DNA of 63,945 nucleotides, filler included, from Rhabdomonas costata (Eukaryota), in assembly GCA_019059605.1 (NCBI GenBank). It is 17 parts of 17 records of this genome, joined end to end, with 100 filler letters (N's around TTAATTAATTAA, not from the genome) between each part and the next. Parts side by side here need not be neighbours in the genome. Positions count along the whole stretch, not along the records: positions 22,625 to 26,289 come from JAHMHO010000622.1; positions 26,390 to 30,075 come from JAHMHO010000623.1; positions 30,176 to 33,820 come from JAHMHO010000624.1; positions 33,921 to 37,582 come from JAHMHO010000625.1; positions 37,683 to 41,345 come from JAHMHO010000626.1; positions 41,446 to 45,104 come from JAHMHO010000627.1; 11 more parts are not named here. One strand, 5' to 3'. Each line of letters begins with the position of its first letter. The stretch's first letter is position 1. The position numbers were made by a program, and so were the translations under genes. The notes beneath the pieces were generated by a model. That model saw only the letters and a program-made list of their open reading frames with translations, was not told the origin of the DNA and made no database searches. Of this stretch, positions 25,221 through 41,584 are shown piece by piece.

Positions 25221-26030
25221 TCACTTCGCGCCTGCGCCGGTGATGAAGGGGTGGGTCAGCAGCTGAGCGCAGGTCGGCCTGGCCTCCACGTTGCGCTCGA
25301 AGCACAAGTCCAGGAACTGATTCGTCACGGCGGGAAGGTTCTCGGGGATCTTCGGCGGCCGCTCCTTGCTGTTAGCGATGTGGTAGATGGCTGCCCACAT
25401 TGACGCGAACTCCGGCCACGGAGGCTTGCCCGTGTGCATCTCCACAACCTGAGCACATTCCCGCGCCCCCAAAGTCCCACCGCTCTTACAGACTCGAAAA
25501 AGAACCTGAAGTTTCTTGCTTCCAGGGGAATATAGGTGATGTGGAAGCATGGAAGAAGCGGGAGAGCGTGAAGGTATTCGCAGCGCTGTTGCCTTAGTGG
25601 ACCATCCCAACAGCACAACGAGGTTCGCTGAATCCGAGGACGAAGAACAGTCAAACTCGAAGCACAGCCGCGAGGTAAAACAGAAAAGAACAGTACTATG
25701 GTTAGACCCCCTCACCTTTCGTATCGATATCTCACCTTTGTTCTGAATCGCTGCCCCCCCTCCCCCTCCGTTCACTAGTTCACCAGATTGACCCGACTAT
25801 CGCCCAGCATTGCATGCATTGTCAATTGGGCAAGGGGAAGGGACTTTTTTCGGGTTTCAGTTTGGGCGGAAGAGATTTTGGGCTGTAAAGAAAAAATACA
25901 GGTGTGACGTGAAGGCTGTCATCCTAGAGTTTCCCTTCCCTTTCCACGCACCGTGCAGCCCACGCTCCACACGTCTGCCTTCGCTCCGTAACCGCTGTCT
26001 TCGGTAATCACTTCCGGGGCCATCCAGTAC
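25221..26030 (-). CDS. STE11/MAP3K-family protein kinase, last two exons (26030-25952, 25448-25221)
   Basis: YWMAPEVI..GYGAKADVWSVGCT|VVEMHTGKPPW..WAAIYHIA..PPKIP..CFERNVEARPTCAQLLTHPFI*. Confidence 0.93.
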
Positions 26031-26389
26031 CTGAGCGAGGAAAAAAGTGAGGGAAAACGTTTCCAAAAAAAAGGGTGTGCAACTTCCTTCTCGCGAAGAG
26101 AGATTCTTGCAACGACTTGCTCTGCTAAAAATATTGGGTGGGTGGGAGAAGACTTTGGTCCACCCCGGAAAAAGAGCCATCCGTTAGTGGTGGCAGCTTC
26201 CTCCGTCTCTTGCACATTCCGTGCTGCCTAACGAAGGAAGAAGAATTCTTATCCATATGAAATAACAGCCTTGTGCCCACCAAAACCCCNNNNNNNNNNN
26301 NNNNNNNNNNNNNNNNNNNNNNNNNNNNNNNNNTTAATTAATTAANNNNNNNNNNNNNNNNNNNNNNNNNNNNNNNNNNNNNNNNNNNN

Positions 26390-26850
26390 TTTTTGTTGGT
26401 GGTTTCACTGATGTGAACGCATACTGAAAGGGGGCTGCTGTAGGCTGACCAACGTAGGTGACTCTTGGGGCTGGTCTCCATTGGATCCCTTAAAATTTCC
26501 CATCCAATCTCGTAAGCGCCTTAAATGGTGACGTGGTTCTTCCTAGCAACTTTGTGAGCAAGCCAGGACTTCATGCCTTGCATGAAATCCAAAATCACGT
26601 TGGGTGTACGGAAGCGTTCCTGTAGGGCATTAGCGTATGTTTTGAACTTAGCTTTGTAGGCAGAGTAATCTCCGTTGTACATTTTAACATTGTGCGTTAG
26701 CTCGTAGATGATTAGGTAGTGGTATTGCTTCGTTATGTAGTGCGCCTTTAGCATGTATGTGAACTGGTGCCATGAGGTGACGGTCTGCACGTTAGAAAAT
26801 ATGCCTCGTCCTGCGTCTCCAAAGGCCATTTGTGTGCGCGGGTGGTTTCA
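26390..26850 (-). mobile_element. LTR retrotransposon gag with an in-frame TAA at 26521-26523
   Basis: SWHQFTYMLKAHY..YSAYKAKF..ILDFMQGMKSWLAHKV..HVTI*GAY fits the Retrotrans_gag pattern; the frame stays open after the stop. Confidence 0.75.
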
Positions 26851-27027
26851 AAAGAATTTCTTCACCGTGGAAATCTGTAGTAAAAAAGCTGTATGCATAA
26901 ACAAAACCATTCAAAATAAAGCCATTTTATTTCAATTTCGTTAAAAAACAACAAAAAATGGACACTAAAAGTCGGTAAGAAAAACAAAAATGACATTCAC
27001 ACTGATGAGGCGTTAGGTCGCACCGAA

Positions 27028-27039
27028 CCTCTGCTACCA
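27028..27039 (-). promoter_or_regulatory. Primer-binding site complementary to the 3' end of initiator tRNA-Met
   Basis: Minus-strand TGGTAGCAGAGG, 2 nt after a CA (27043-27042) and upstream of gag. Confidence 0.85.
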
Positions 27040-27041
27040 GG

Positions 27042-27450
27042 TGAGAGGGCTCGTTTTCCCGAACCTAGTCCTGTGCTCATGGACCGGTTTACTGATACTT
27101 AATTTACAAAATACTTTATTGATTTCGGTAGAAATTTAGTTTAAAGTCCTCTCTCTCCAAACCAAAATACACACATGGCGCCTTGGCGCGGTGTGCTGTG
27201 GCATGTCCTTGTGCTGCTTGTTCTGCACACCTTCTTTTTTGGCGCGTTCACGGTGCTGCTGTTCGTGCTGGACACCACGACGGGCACACACACCACACGC
27301 ACGCACGCGCGCAAACACACACACATTGTAACCACGGTTCTTGGGATTGAAAAAACAAGACGGGAATGGAGAGAAGGAAGAAGAGTGTGTAAAAGCTTGG
27401 AAAGGGAAAGCAAATGTGCACAAAAAGAATGGGAATTATTTACAACAATT
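27042..27450 (-). mobile_element. 5' LTR (inner end fixed at 27042; outer boundary approximate)
   Basis: Ends in CA next to the PBS; minus-strand AATAAA at ~27115-27120; no second LTR in the contig to confirm its length. Confidence 0.55.
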
Positions 27451-27599
27451 CCATGGCCTAAGTTTTCGGGTCAAATCCGGTCGTTTTGTGTGGATGGGAG
27501 TTTTGGTCTAGCAAAATGGTGTTTCCAATTAGATTCATTTAGTTTTGGTCTAATTATGTAGCAAATTTCAAAACAAGCCGGTAGGATCAAGTGACCAGA

Positions 27600-29400
27600 A
27601 GTCCGCGGGTAAAAAGCGGTACCAAAGGAAACCAAACGCAGGAAGAAAAGCACGAAAAGACAAGTGGCGTTGTGCAGGGAAAACACAGCAGCAATGGTCA
27701 AAGGGAATGGCCAGAAAGGTCATTTTGCCAAAGAAAATTTCGTTGTGGTGGTATTGTGGGTGAACGGGTGTGTTGTGGGAGTGTGTGTTTCCTGGCAACG
27801 AGTGATCCTTGGTCGTGGGAGAAGAATAGGTTTCTGAGGACAGTTAGACATGCCACCCAATCCTGCAATAAAACAGATGCTAGTTTTGTCGCTTGCCAAT
27901 AGGTTGACCATATTGGGATGCCCATTCCAGAGGTGCCGAAGGTTTGAGCCACCTTTCAAAAACGGCAACCATTCCTAGGCCAAGTAATCTGGCCCTCGGG
28001 AAGTATGGCGTGACCGACCGGTATGTTGGCAATGATTCCGCGCTCATGCGGCATTTTCCTCGGCCCTTCTTGTGAAGAAGGGTCATCACGGCAGATCTCC
28101 CATGAAATCGGGTTTTTAATAGTTTTGTGCGTTGTAAAATGGTGTGTGATGGACTGTGGGTAAGCGGTTGATTTCTCCAAAAAACCGAGCATTTAGAGCA
28201 TCATTTCACATCACCTATAGGGCGGTGTTCCAGGGTCCCAATACGCCATATGTAGTGGTTGTTGTGCATACTCCATGTACGCTTTCCGCTTTGCTGGTGT
28301 TTCACCACTTTGTTAATGCAAGGCGTAGCATTCCAAGCAGAGGAAGTGGAGAAATCTTCGGGATTTCCCTGGTAATTTGTTGTTTGCCAAACTCAGGAAA
28401 AACATGTCACCCGGGCGGCTTCAAATCGTAACGTGAGGTGTAGAAGAATATCTCCGTGTTGTGCACTAAGCTGTCTAAGTGGTAATATTCTACCACTTCC
28501 GGTTCTTTCAGAAAAACTGGTCATAGCCATAGTCCGCCACTTGAAATTGTGTTCTTAGTTCGCATCTTGTTCTAGCTTAGATAGGTGAAACAAATAAACT
28601 CCCACGTCGCTTGAACTGATTGGTCAGCTCAACGTCCATTAATTCTTCTGAAAAAGTCCATCAGTCTATTTGTAGTTATGTCCTGGCGCTTTCAAACTCA
28701 ACATGTGAATCCCAAGATTGCAATCAATTAGTGGATCAATTAATTGCAATCAATAGTTGGAAAGTTTATACCACCACTGAGATCGCTTATATAATCGCCG
28801 TTCAGTTGCAAGCAATATAGCGAATTCAATGTGAGATGCTGGAGGCACACCATTTGTTTCACAAGCACCTAATCCCTCATTATCTCATCAAACAGTTGGC
28901 ATCATCATCAGTTGGCATAGCTGGATGGTACACGGGCAATACGTACCAGTTCCTACCAGTTCCTATGATTAATGGGTTGGACCACTACATCATCTGAATG
29001 TAATGATACACCAAAGCCAAGCACAATATACTAAGCAGTAGAGATTTTCTTGGAATCTTTCGCACCAGCCCTCACTTCCAAAACATTTGGCTGCTCCGCG
29101 GGAGGCTTTAAGTGGCCGCAACCAATGCACTTGCCGCTATAGTCCCCGCCAATGTACCACGTTAGGCGTCATACTCATCGAAGCACTCGAGAAAAGTTAG
29201 CGGTATTTTATTTGGTATTTATCGAACAAAAACGTTGTGCCAGCACACCACCGTGTCATATCTTATTTGTTTTTGAAAATATTGACTCTCTCAATCTCTG
29301 TGCTGAGTTTGTGGACGACACAATGCACACATATGCTCTTCGCTTTTGGCGTGAATTGAGCCAGCACTCCAGTGCAAATTTATGTTGAGGGTCTCCAAAG
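27600..29400 (-). mobile_element. Decayed element, possibly non-LTR RT
   Basis: Broken fragments such as KISPLPLLGMLRLALTKW..TYGVLGPWNTAL loosely resemble the YRPIxLL..QYGF region of LINE RT. Confidence 0.3.
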
Positions 29401-30293
29401 CTGTCTATGAGTGTCCATTTTGCGCGCAATAACGGAGTAGCTGTACGTGCATACGGCAGAAATGTTGACTGAAGTAACTCAAATGTATCCGGACAAATGA
29501 TACGTGGCAGTTACCTTTATAAAGAGGACGTTTGCTTGACTATGACCTCATTCTTATAGGGTAGTTTCCGTATCATTTGTTCATCTTCAACGCATTATGC
29601 ACGTAGAAAGTTTACTCTTTCGTTTTGCACAAATTTCACACTCTACAGACTGTTGCACAAACTGGAAATCACAAATGACGTCAAAAACCTAAGCGGGAAA
29701 TATGAACTCATTGCATTTTTAGACCACCTCAGACACCTCAATAAACATTATCACAATAATACACTAAAAAAGAAATTACAAAGTACAAATTGACTTCAGA
29801 AACACACAAAGGCATCTTACACCAAGGCAAGACACAAAAGACCAAAAAAATGAACTGAGAAAATCTCAAAGTTGAAAAAAATTGGAGACGTTGAGTCAAA
29901 AATACCCCATGTTACTTAGACCATTCATAAACCACACAGTCCAAAACGACCAAAATGACACGTACACTAATAAAACCCACAAAAAATTCAAAAAATCCAA
30001 CACACAAATAACAAAAAAGCAAAAATAAAACAATTCAAAACTGTGGTCGAGAAATTAAAAAGCCACACTGTACCANNNNNNNNNNNNNNNNNNNNNNNNN
30101 NNNNNNNNNNNNNNNNNNNTTAATTAATTAANNNNNNNNNNNNNNNNNNNNNNNNNNNNNNNNNNNNNNNNNNNNGTTGTGGTTTTGCACGAAGAATATG
30201 GGCATAGGGGTCACATCGTGTGCATATGTATCTGAGAGTTTCTGTGAAAAATCAAACGGTTTGCCAAATCACAGAAGAATAAGTTGACAGTCA

Positions 30294-33401
<3,108 letters not shown>

Positions 33402-33920
33402 CTGAAGGAAGAAACACAGTCCTTTTTACTTTTCAGACCACACATCCGTGGTCTGGAACCAGGTCCGACGATGGCTCAATTTCTGCTCTTTTCAGCAGTT
33501 GCTGGAAAATCAGCGCGTTGCAGGACTGGCATTGTGCTCGGTAGCCCAAGATCTGTTGTCATGTCACCTGAGCTGTGACCAAAAATGCGTTGGCGGTGGA
33601 GGCCTAGAGACCTCTAGAGACCCGCGAGTGTTTTCCTGAGCTATTGCCAAAACGATAACCCCTGCAGCTCCCCCTCTCACCTATTAAGAACAGTAGACAC
33701 ATCGTTTCAGCCACGGACCCGTGTGCCAGCAACGATGTAAGGCTAGCTCCACCCCAAAACTGAGAAATTAGTCTGTAACATTCCGAACAGAAGTCTTTTT
33801 ACCCTGATTTTATGCCGCTGNNNNNNNNNNNNNNNNNNNNNNNNNNNNNNNNNNNNNNNNNNNNTTAATTAATTAANNNNNNNNNNNNNNNNNNNNNNNN
33901 NNNNNNNNNNNNNNNNNNNN

Positions 33921-34095
33921 GTGGCTTGGGGCGTCCATGCCGCCCTGCACCAAAGGCCCGGGGGCGGCCCAAGGTGAACCAGAAGGGGCGGGTGTGGCGG
34001 TCTCCTGCCTCAGCCAGGCTCACAGCGCCGAACAGGCAGTACTGGCGGCCTGCCGCCGCTGCGGTGAGGCTGTTGGAGAGGTCACGGAACGCCAT
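33921..34095 (-). CDS. 5' exon of an unidentified protein
   Basis: GC-rich ORF MAFRDLSNSLTAAAAGRQYCLFGAVSLAEAGDRHTRPFWFTLG, 14 nt downstream of a pyrimidine tract plus AG. Confidence 0.5.
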
Positions 34096-35709
34096 CTTTG
34101 GGGAGGGCTCTGGCGGAAAATAAAGCGCGCAAGCAAAAGAACCAAATAAAAGAATCACCGATAAATAAAGAAGCACTGAAGGACGAATGCACTCAGCTCC
34201 CCCCGTCCGCATTGCAGATTATGGCACCAACGGCGGAGACTCATATCGCCACACTTCATTTCATGAACTAAAAAAAATTGTAATTGACACATAATGCCAA
34301 ACATTAACGGAGCTGACAAGACAAAACCTGAAAAAAAAATACTAGAAAACTCAATTATGCCTGCTGTCAAGATTCCACGCCGTTGGGCATGAAAATTCGT
34401 CCTGGAGAAAAGGATTCCATAATCTGGACAAACTCAGAAACGCCGCTCGAACTAAGCACTGGATACCTTCACCGCAGAAAAATGCTCACATTCTTCACCT
34501 TCGAAATCGCAGTTACGTGGAAGGTGCTCGCGAATGTGGATTGTCATGACCAATTCTACAGTTCCTGAAATAATGCAGTGGATAATGGAATGAAATAATA
34601 ATGGGGAAAGCCTCTACGGAGCGCGCGGGGGTGGGCAGCAGAGGGGAAAACCTGGTAACTAATACTGCACACGGCACTCTCTTCCTGCATCTTGAATATT
34701 AAAGCCAGTGCAGAAGGAAACCTACATCTTCAAGCTCTCTGCCGCTACGAAGACCGACAGAAGCAAGTACGACCGCCATCATGCGGCTGAATTTGCACAC
34801 AGTGCCCGTGAAACGAGAAAACAGCATGACAAAAACAAATGAAAAAAAAATAATGACAAAAACCAGACCATGACAAGAACCAGAAGACATTATTCAATAA
34901 CCCACCACCCTCCTCCCCCCAAAAAAACAAAATTAGGTGAAACATAATAAGTTAAACCGCAATAAACCGCAATAATAACACCAAATAGAAAGCTCAGCCG
35001 ATATATCTTGCACACGCACGCACACACACACAAACACTGAAGAACTGCGCACCGACGCAGTGCACTGAAGGTGTTGTGGACTCGTAGTTTTTACACACAA
35101 ATACGCACACTGCGTGAACTGTTTCAAACACTCTCGAAGAACACAAGCTTCCACAAAAATAATACAACACAGAAAGACAAGAAGAAAAAGAACACCCACC
35201 GAGAAAGAGTTGTCGGTGGGGAAATTGAAGGAAAGTGAACGGCCGTTGCCCTTTCATCGTTCTTTCTTCGCCCCATCGATCGAGATAGAATCAGCTGTAC
35301 ATCGAAGAACATAACAGCATCCCACTCCACACACCCAGGCAACAGTGACGCACAATCAATCCGGTGAAAGGCAACCTAAGGTCGCCTCCAGCACCCGGAG
35401 CAAAAAAAACCGCCGCTCAGCAACAGCACAGCATACACACTGAAAGAAAAGGGGCAGAAAAGGACAAGCACCGCACGAAAAAGCCACGCAAACCGAGGAA
35501 GCGCCATTTCTCACAAACAATAGGGCTGCCAGGCTGCCTGTTCCCCCAAGCACAACCTAACATTATGACAAGAAAGAACACAGCAAAGACACAAGCAACA
35601 TATAATATGCCACGCGGTGCGTTCACAGCAAGGCAAGAGCCCGCAAAGAAACAGCCTCCCCTCGCCACCGCCATGATACTCCTACACTCCCGTCATCGTC
35701 ATGGAAGCA

Positions 35710-37136
35710 TTAGCAATGAATACATGCCGGGGCCTCAGGGAGCTCCACGGGAAACTTCGCACAAAGACCCCAGGAGTCGGCGAGAAGATCCCGGTTGCAC
35801 ACCAGCATCATCAAGGCGAGGTACTTTCCCCCAAACTATGAAGTGTCCACAGCGCAAAAGTGTAAAAGTTTATTAAAAAAGCCTGCATCCAAACCTGGCC
35901 TACACCCCTGAGGGGGGGGGGTTGAGTGCCTGGACATCCTTCTCCCTTCGCATCCCAAAACTAAGAATTTGGTTTGTTGAGAGGATTGAAGTCGAAGTCG
36001 GGCAACATTTCAGAAGAGTCCCTCTGCTGCGGGCATTGCAGTTCTCAACCCGAGCCATCAGAGAAAGCACAGAATAGCATTCGCCAAGGATACGTCTTCA
36101 CTGCAAAGCATACAACTTCAGCCGAGGTCGACCTAAGCATACACTCGCAAAATGTTCGCTCCAGCGACAAAACGCGACAAAGACAGGTGCCGAAAATGCG
36201 TCGGCGCACCAGCAAGGGCTCAGGCCCTGCAGGGGTGGACGCCGCGGTGACCTCCAGAGTGACCTTCCGTGGGGGCAACACTGGCATTTGGGACCCCTGC
36301 TTGGAACTCAGGGGGTTCTCTGCGCGGCAGACCGGGCAGCGGAAGGGCTGCTGGTTCCGCAGGCTATGCTCCAAGGTCTTGCCCAGGCATTGGCGGTGGA
36401 AGAAGTGCCCGCAGATCTGACACCAGCGAAACACTCGATGTCGGCTCGGTGTGTGTTTGTGTTTGTGTGGAGGGGGGGTTCACAGAGGCGGATAGTGAAG
36501 AGCGAAAAAAATCATAGAACAAAACGAAGGTTTTGACAAGCATCCCAATGATTTATGCTTCCGCGTGGCCTTCGTTTCAACGAACACGTTCGCAATGACT
36601 TTGAGCAGACCACAAGGGAACGATTGCCTTTCCATAAGCTGATAATGTTTGCTCACGACCCAAGGACCTGGCAACTCCGAATCCTTGGTGGTCAAAGTGG
36701 TCACCAAAAAAGCCAGGGGCGGCGTACAAACCGTCTGCACCACAGGCCGCGGAGAGCTGCCCTGCACATCTTCGCAGCAAATGCTGCACTCCTCCTCCTC
36801 CTGTCATGTCATGGAAGGAGAATACACTCAGCTCAGCAAGGCAAACCAAGAAATGAGCTCGGTGAGGTAAAAACATGCACAACCTTCTGCACGTCATCAC
36901 ACTCGCGAGAGAAGAACAGTAGGAGACAAAGTTTCAAAACAAAAGCAGCAATCGGCGGGCAAATGGCCATGGGAAGCGTTGTAATAACGAATCCAAACCT
37001 TGTTTGGCTGCCTGTCAGAGGTTACGCGGCACTTCTCCACCGCCCAGCACTCCGGTCCCACAAAACCGACTGAGCTGGGAAGCAGGAACGCGACAACGTC
37101 CTCCCCAGAGGCTGAGACCTCGCAGCTGATCACAAG
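35710..37136 (-). CDS. RING-H2 finger protein, 3' exons
   Basis: EEEECSICCEDV..VVQT|ICGHFFHRQCL..FRCPVCR gives C3H2C3; probable last exon FGGKYLAL..ACIHC* is less certain. Confidence 0.88.
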
Positions 37137-37689
37137 CTTAAGCTGAGCGAGAACAAGGGCCAGGGTGGGGAAATGAGGGGAGGGGTAGGATATTCAAAAA
37201 ATCAAAGACATCAAATTCCAGAAAGACTCATTTGTACGTTCACGACGTCGTGAACGTGCCTCCATTCATCTCCCGACAAACAGTGGGGGGCGCCCAACGC
37301 CTGCAGGCTTTTCATGTGTATTCGTTGCCACGTTGCAAGCACAGGCCCTTCATGCTGTCCAGGCAAACCTCCAGGTCCAGCAAATGGGAAACGTGTGAGA
37401 GCGAGTGCGTTAGAAAAGAATCAACAACCAATCTTTCCTTCAGTGATGCGGTAGAGGGGTTCAGCAAGATACAACGAGGGTACATCAGAGTAGAGACAGA
37501 GTGGAAAAAACAAAAGAAAAAAAGAAAAAACGCATCGATAAGCGGAAAAGTTAGAATACGCGAGAAAGGTACAAAGGGGGAANNNNNNNNNNNNNNNNNN
37601 NNNNNNNNNNNNNNNNNNNNNNNNNNTTAATTAATTAANNNNNNNNNNNNNNNNNNNNNNNNNNNNNNNNNNNNNNNNNNNNGGGTTGT

Positions 37690-37886
37690 TTGTGTGTTTT
37701 GGTGCCCTCCTCCTCGGGAATCGAGACCTGCGGACGACACCTAAACACACAAACAAAACCCACCAGAGTAGTAATGGCGAACAGCAGCCCCATAGCAGTC
37801 AGCACAGAGGTGAGCAGCGGAGTGCCCTCCATCGGAAAGTTCCATGAAGGGCACACGATAGGTTCACTGTCGTACAGGAAGTGCAT
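37690..37886 (-). CDS. Possible 5' part of a small single-pass membrane protein
   Basis: ORF with hydrophobic stretch LLTSVLTAMGLLFAITTLVGFVCVF; no family recognised. Confidence 0.35.
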
Positions 37887-39229
37887 TGGAAAGAGGGAAA
37901 GTGGAGTGAGGTGATTGCGCGTGGGCTGCGGCTCGACGGGGAGAAAGGGAAGGATGGTGGCAAAGACTCACACGGTGTGGTGGGAAACCGTGGTGTACAT
38001 AAAACAGACGATCTCAGCAAATCAAGCCTGCTGTAAAAAAACAATTCCGGGTTTGCTGGATGTTGTGAGTGCGAAAAGAATTCACAGCTCGATGGGTCTG
38101 TGTATAAATACAAGCAAGAGAGGTGGAAAAACGAAACGAAAAGGAGTCGTGACTTCATTTCATGTCAAGGGCCACCAATAGTGTGATGAAGAAGTCAGGG
38201 TAAAAGAGAAAACATGGGTACCGCATGGCTGTGGTCAGATGCGCACTGAAACCAGAAGCTCGCCGCAAGATTTTGGCAACTCGACAGCGCCCACGAAAAG
38301 CGGCGCCAAAAACGTCGCTTTCCGGACAAAGGATAAAAGGTGCAAAAGCATCCACCCCAAAACCGAGGACTTGAAAGCCACCCCATTTTGAGACAGCATC
38401 GTGCTTCGTGGACAAACTTTCACTGGATCCCACGGTTATCATCGGCATCAATTCGGGAAAGCAATGCCACCCCAACATTGAAAACCAACCTGCCAGCAGT
38501 CAGCTGTATTGCCTTGTTCGACTGTTCATGTTCCCATTAAATGAAGGAAACACTCACAGGAGGTGTCCCGAAACCTGCTTGCCCATTGGGACCCGTGTTC
38601 GGTTTGAGCTCAGCGTTCGGAACTGACCTTTCCTCCCTGTGCCTTCCCCCAAGTGATCTTGAAAAGAAATACAGCTGTACACCATACATTGCAAGCATGC
38701 AACCACTCATGCAGTCTAGAGAAGAGGTCCATGGACAGGCCGTACAAAAAAGAGGACGTGCCCCCCAAAACTGGAGAGAGGGGATACAGCTCTCTCCTGG
38801 AGGGCTGGAGGAGGGGTGCACGAGGGCAAGGCAATGGAAGGCATACTCCCATGACTGTACGGGAACATATGCCTTTCAAAAGAAGAATGGGAGAGGGGGG
38901 GTGGCCAAGAAAGCCGAAGTGGAAACGATCGGGTTCGTTCCGGACGAAGTGGTGCACAAACTATCCAAACCAGCACTCCTCCCCATGCCAGTCCTCGTAC
39001 GAAACCTAGCACAATCCCATGGGACCCACACAAAAACATTGACAGAAACATCTGCAAGCCCCGAGAAGCCGCCATTCCGTTGCCACTGTCTGATGGGATG
39101 AAGTGCGCGTCTAGGGGTTGTCGTCCTGGGCTCCCCTAACCTTGGGGCCTGTACGAGAATCTATGGGCTTACATGATACCAACACAGAAGTTCCGGGCGG
39201 GGCCTCGTTGAACCCCACGCCCCACGCTG

Positions 39230-41189
39230 CTAGAGCCATCTTGACTTCGAGGGCCGGCGGTGGGCTTGAATCCACGGGTGCTGTTGGAGTTTGGAGGAAA
39301 TGACACAGAAAAGGCATGATGATACCTTGGCAAAACTAAAGAACCCAGGGACATGGACGGCGGCAATAGTTCCTGTTCCGATTCACCGCATTCTGTTCCC
39401 ACTCACATGTCGTGTTGCCTCCAGCTTCGCTCCGAAGATGCCATCTTGTCGAGTGAATCTGCATTTTTCTTCTATCTTTCCCTCAGGCTACAGTCAGTCA
39501 TCGCTTGGGAGGTGGGGATGCTACCCATGCTACCAATCACAAAAAGCCCGCTTCAAGGTCAGGTTCCTGATGGCAGGAACAAAAGGTGTCCCCCAAATCC
39601 AGAACGTCGCAGTTTTGGCAGTGATGAAATCCTCTGGGACAGCCAACGCCACTGACGCAGGCGCCGTCGCGGCTCTCACACAACGCAAGCAAACTCAAAC
39701 GTTCGAGCAAACAGAGGCATGCTGGTGGTGGTAGTGTGTGGGGGGGCTGCCTGCAAAAGGTCTGATGCGGATGGCCGCTGCTCCACGTTTTTGAGGAAAC
39801 ACTCTGTGGGACCGAGAGCATCAACAGTGGAAATTCAAGAGATAAAGAAGCAGTAATAGTACTTGGAAGTTTCACAGGGATGGCACTCAAAGACAGAAAT
39901 CCACAGTTAAAGTCCTTCAACCTTCGGCCACCCTTCAGCCCTGCGTTTTCGACCATTCATAGTGTTTGCAGGTGGCCCTCGGAGACCCAAATAACAATTC
40001 CAAGGTTTGTTCTCAACCCCACTTCGTCTAAGTTACTATCCTGCATAGGTTAAGTATAACGGCATGGGGCAAGATGAGATGCCGCAAAGTTGCGGGTCCA
40101 AGAAAGAGAGTGCAAGTAAGGGTGGAAGGGGTGAACAGCAGAGCAGCCGACTGATCTCATGCATTGCTGGAGTGACTGGCGTTTCGACCCTGGCGGAGAG
40201 GTCCAAGGAAGAGATAGTGCGCACACTTCGGATAAAGTCGTTGAACTCCGGAGACCACTTGTGGGGCTCCATCAGCCCCGGACTCAGGCAGGTCTCGTGA
40301 TGGATGTACATCAACTAAGAACGATGCGCAACACATATATATCGCGGTGAGTGGCAACGAGTGTCTTCCAGGCTCTTGGTCCCTTCTCCGACCTTTGAGC
40401 ATGGGGTTCACCAAACCCAACAGGAAATAGTTTGAATAATAGGCTCGTATATGTATACGTATCCCTCCAAACTGGGTCTCAACATATAGTTGAAAAAAAG
40501 GTTGCAATGCAAAATGCAAAGAAACATTATTCAGATTAAATGCGACTGACGAAGTCTGTGCATCGCACCTTTACCCAAACAGGTACACTATGCCCATACG
40601 GCTATGGATGGTTGCAGGTTTTCATTGGGTTGACGGACGTGGCTGGGAATCGAAAAATGTCGCCTCTATAGGTTAGGGTGCGTCCAGGGAGCTCTGTGTG
40701 GCAGGACGAAACCGTGTTGGGGTCCTCGCCGGCCATCGGGGGTGCGCCGTCGGCCAGAGTGAGGGCCAAAGCGCCGATGCTCCAGATGTCACTGCGGTCC
40801 GTAAACAGCCCCTGGGAGTAGGCAACCTGTAAAACGAAGCGACAAAAAGAGAAAAAGATCAATATAGAGAGTCAGATGTTTTGGCCGTCAATATTCTTAT
40901 ACCGTCTTTATTTCGTACTTTGAAGAGAACTGACAACGGCAATAACACTTAGCAGCAAGGTTCACAGGTCCACGGGTTCGCCCCACACACGCCCCGGCAC
41001 ATCGACGGTTCCCACCTCAGGAGCCATGAAGCAGAAGTCCCCGAGCTGGATGCACGGGTCCCCGATCACACTCATCGTGCCCAAGTCCCCTACTTTCACC
41101 GCGCCCAGGTCGTTGTACAACATATTCGCAGGCTTCAGGTCCAGGTGAACCCTCTTCCGCGCGTGCAGCTCCTTGGCGGCCAACAAGCA
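39230..41189 (-). CDS. STE20-like protein kinase, last five exons
   Basis: VHLDLKPANML..KVGDLG..FMAPE|VAY..SDIWSIG..LADGAPP..KWSPEFNDFIRKCFLKNVEQRPSASDLLQ|HPWIQ..*. Confidence 0.92.
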
Positions 41190-41584
41190 CTACGCATGGC
41201 AGGGAGATCAGGTCAAGGGCACAGCAAGCGGCAACAGCAAACTCTCTCGGACCCACGACAAGACAACCACCAGTATATATGCAAATCCTTCCTGTGGGCG
41301 CCTCTTGAAACATAACAAAAAAAACTCTCGCAAAACACCACCCCCNNNNNNNNNNNNNNNNNNNNNNNNNNNNNNNNNNNNNNNNNNNNTTAATTAATTA
41401 ANNNNNNNNNNNNNNNNNNNNNNNNNNNNNNNNNNNNNNNNNNNNGTGTGTTGGTGAGCTACACCTTGAGCAACCTTGCGGGACACATTTTTTTCTTATT
41501 ACCATATAGAGTAATGGTATGAGGATGAGGGCAGTACTCAGGAAAGCGCTGCTTCTGGTGGCCAATTTACTTTTGCTCTTCCAG

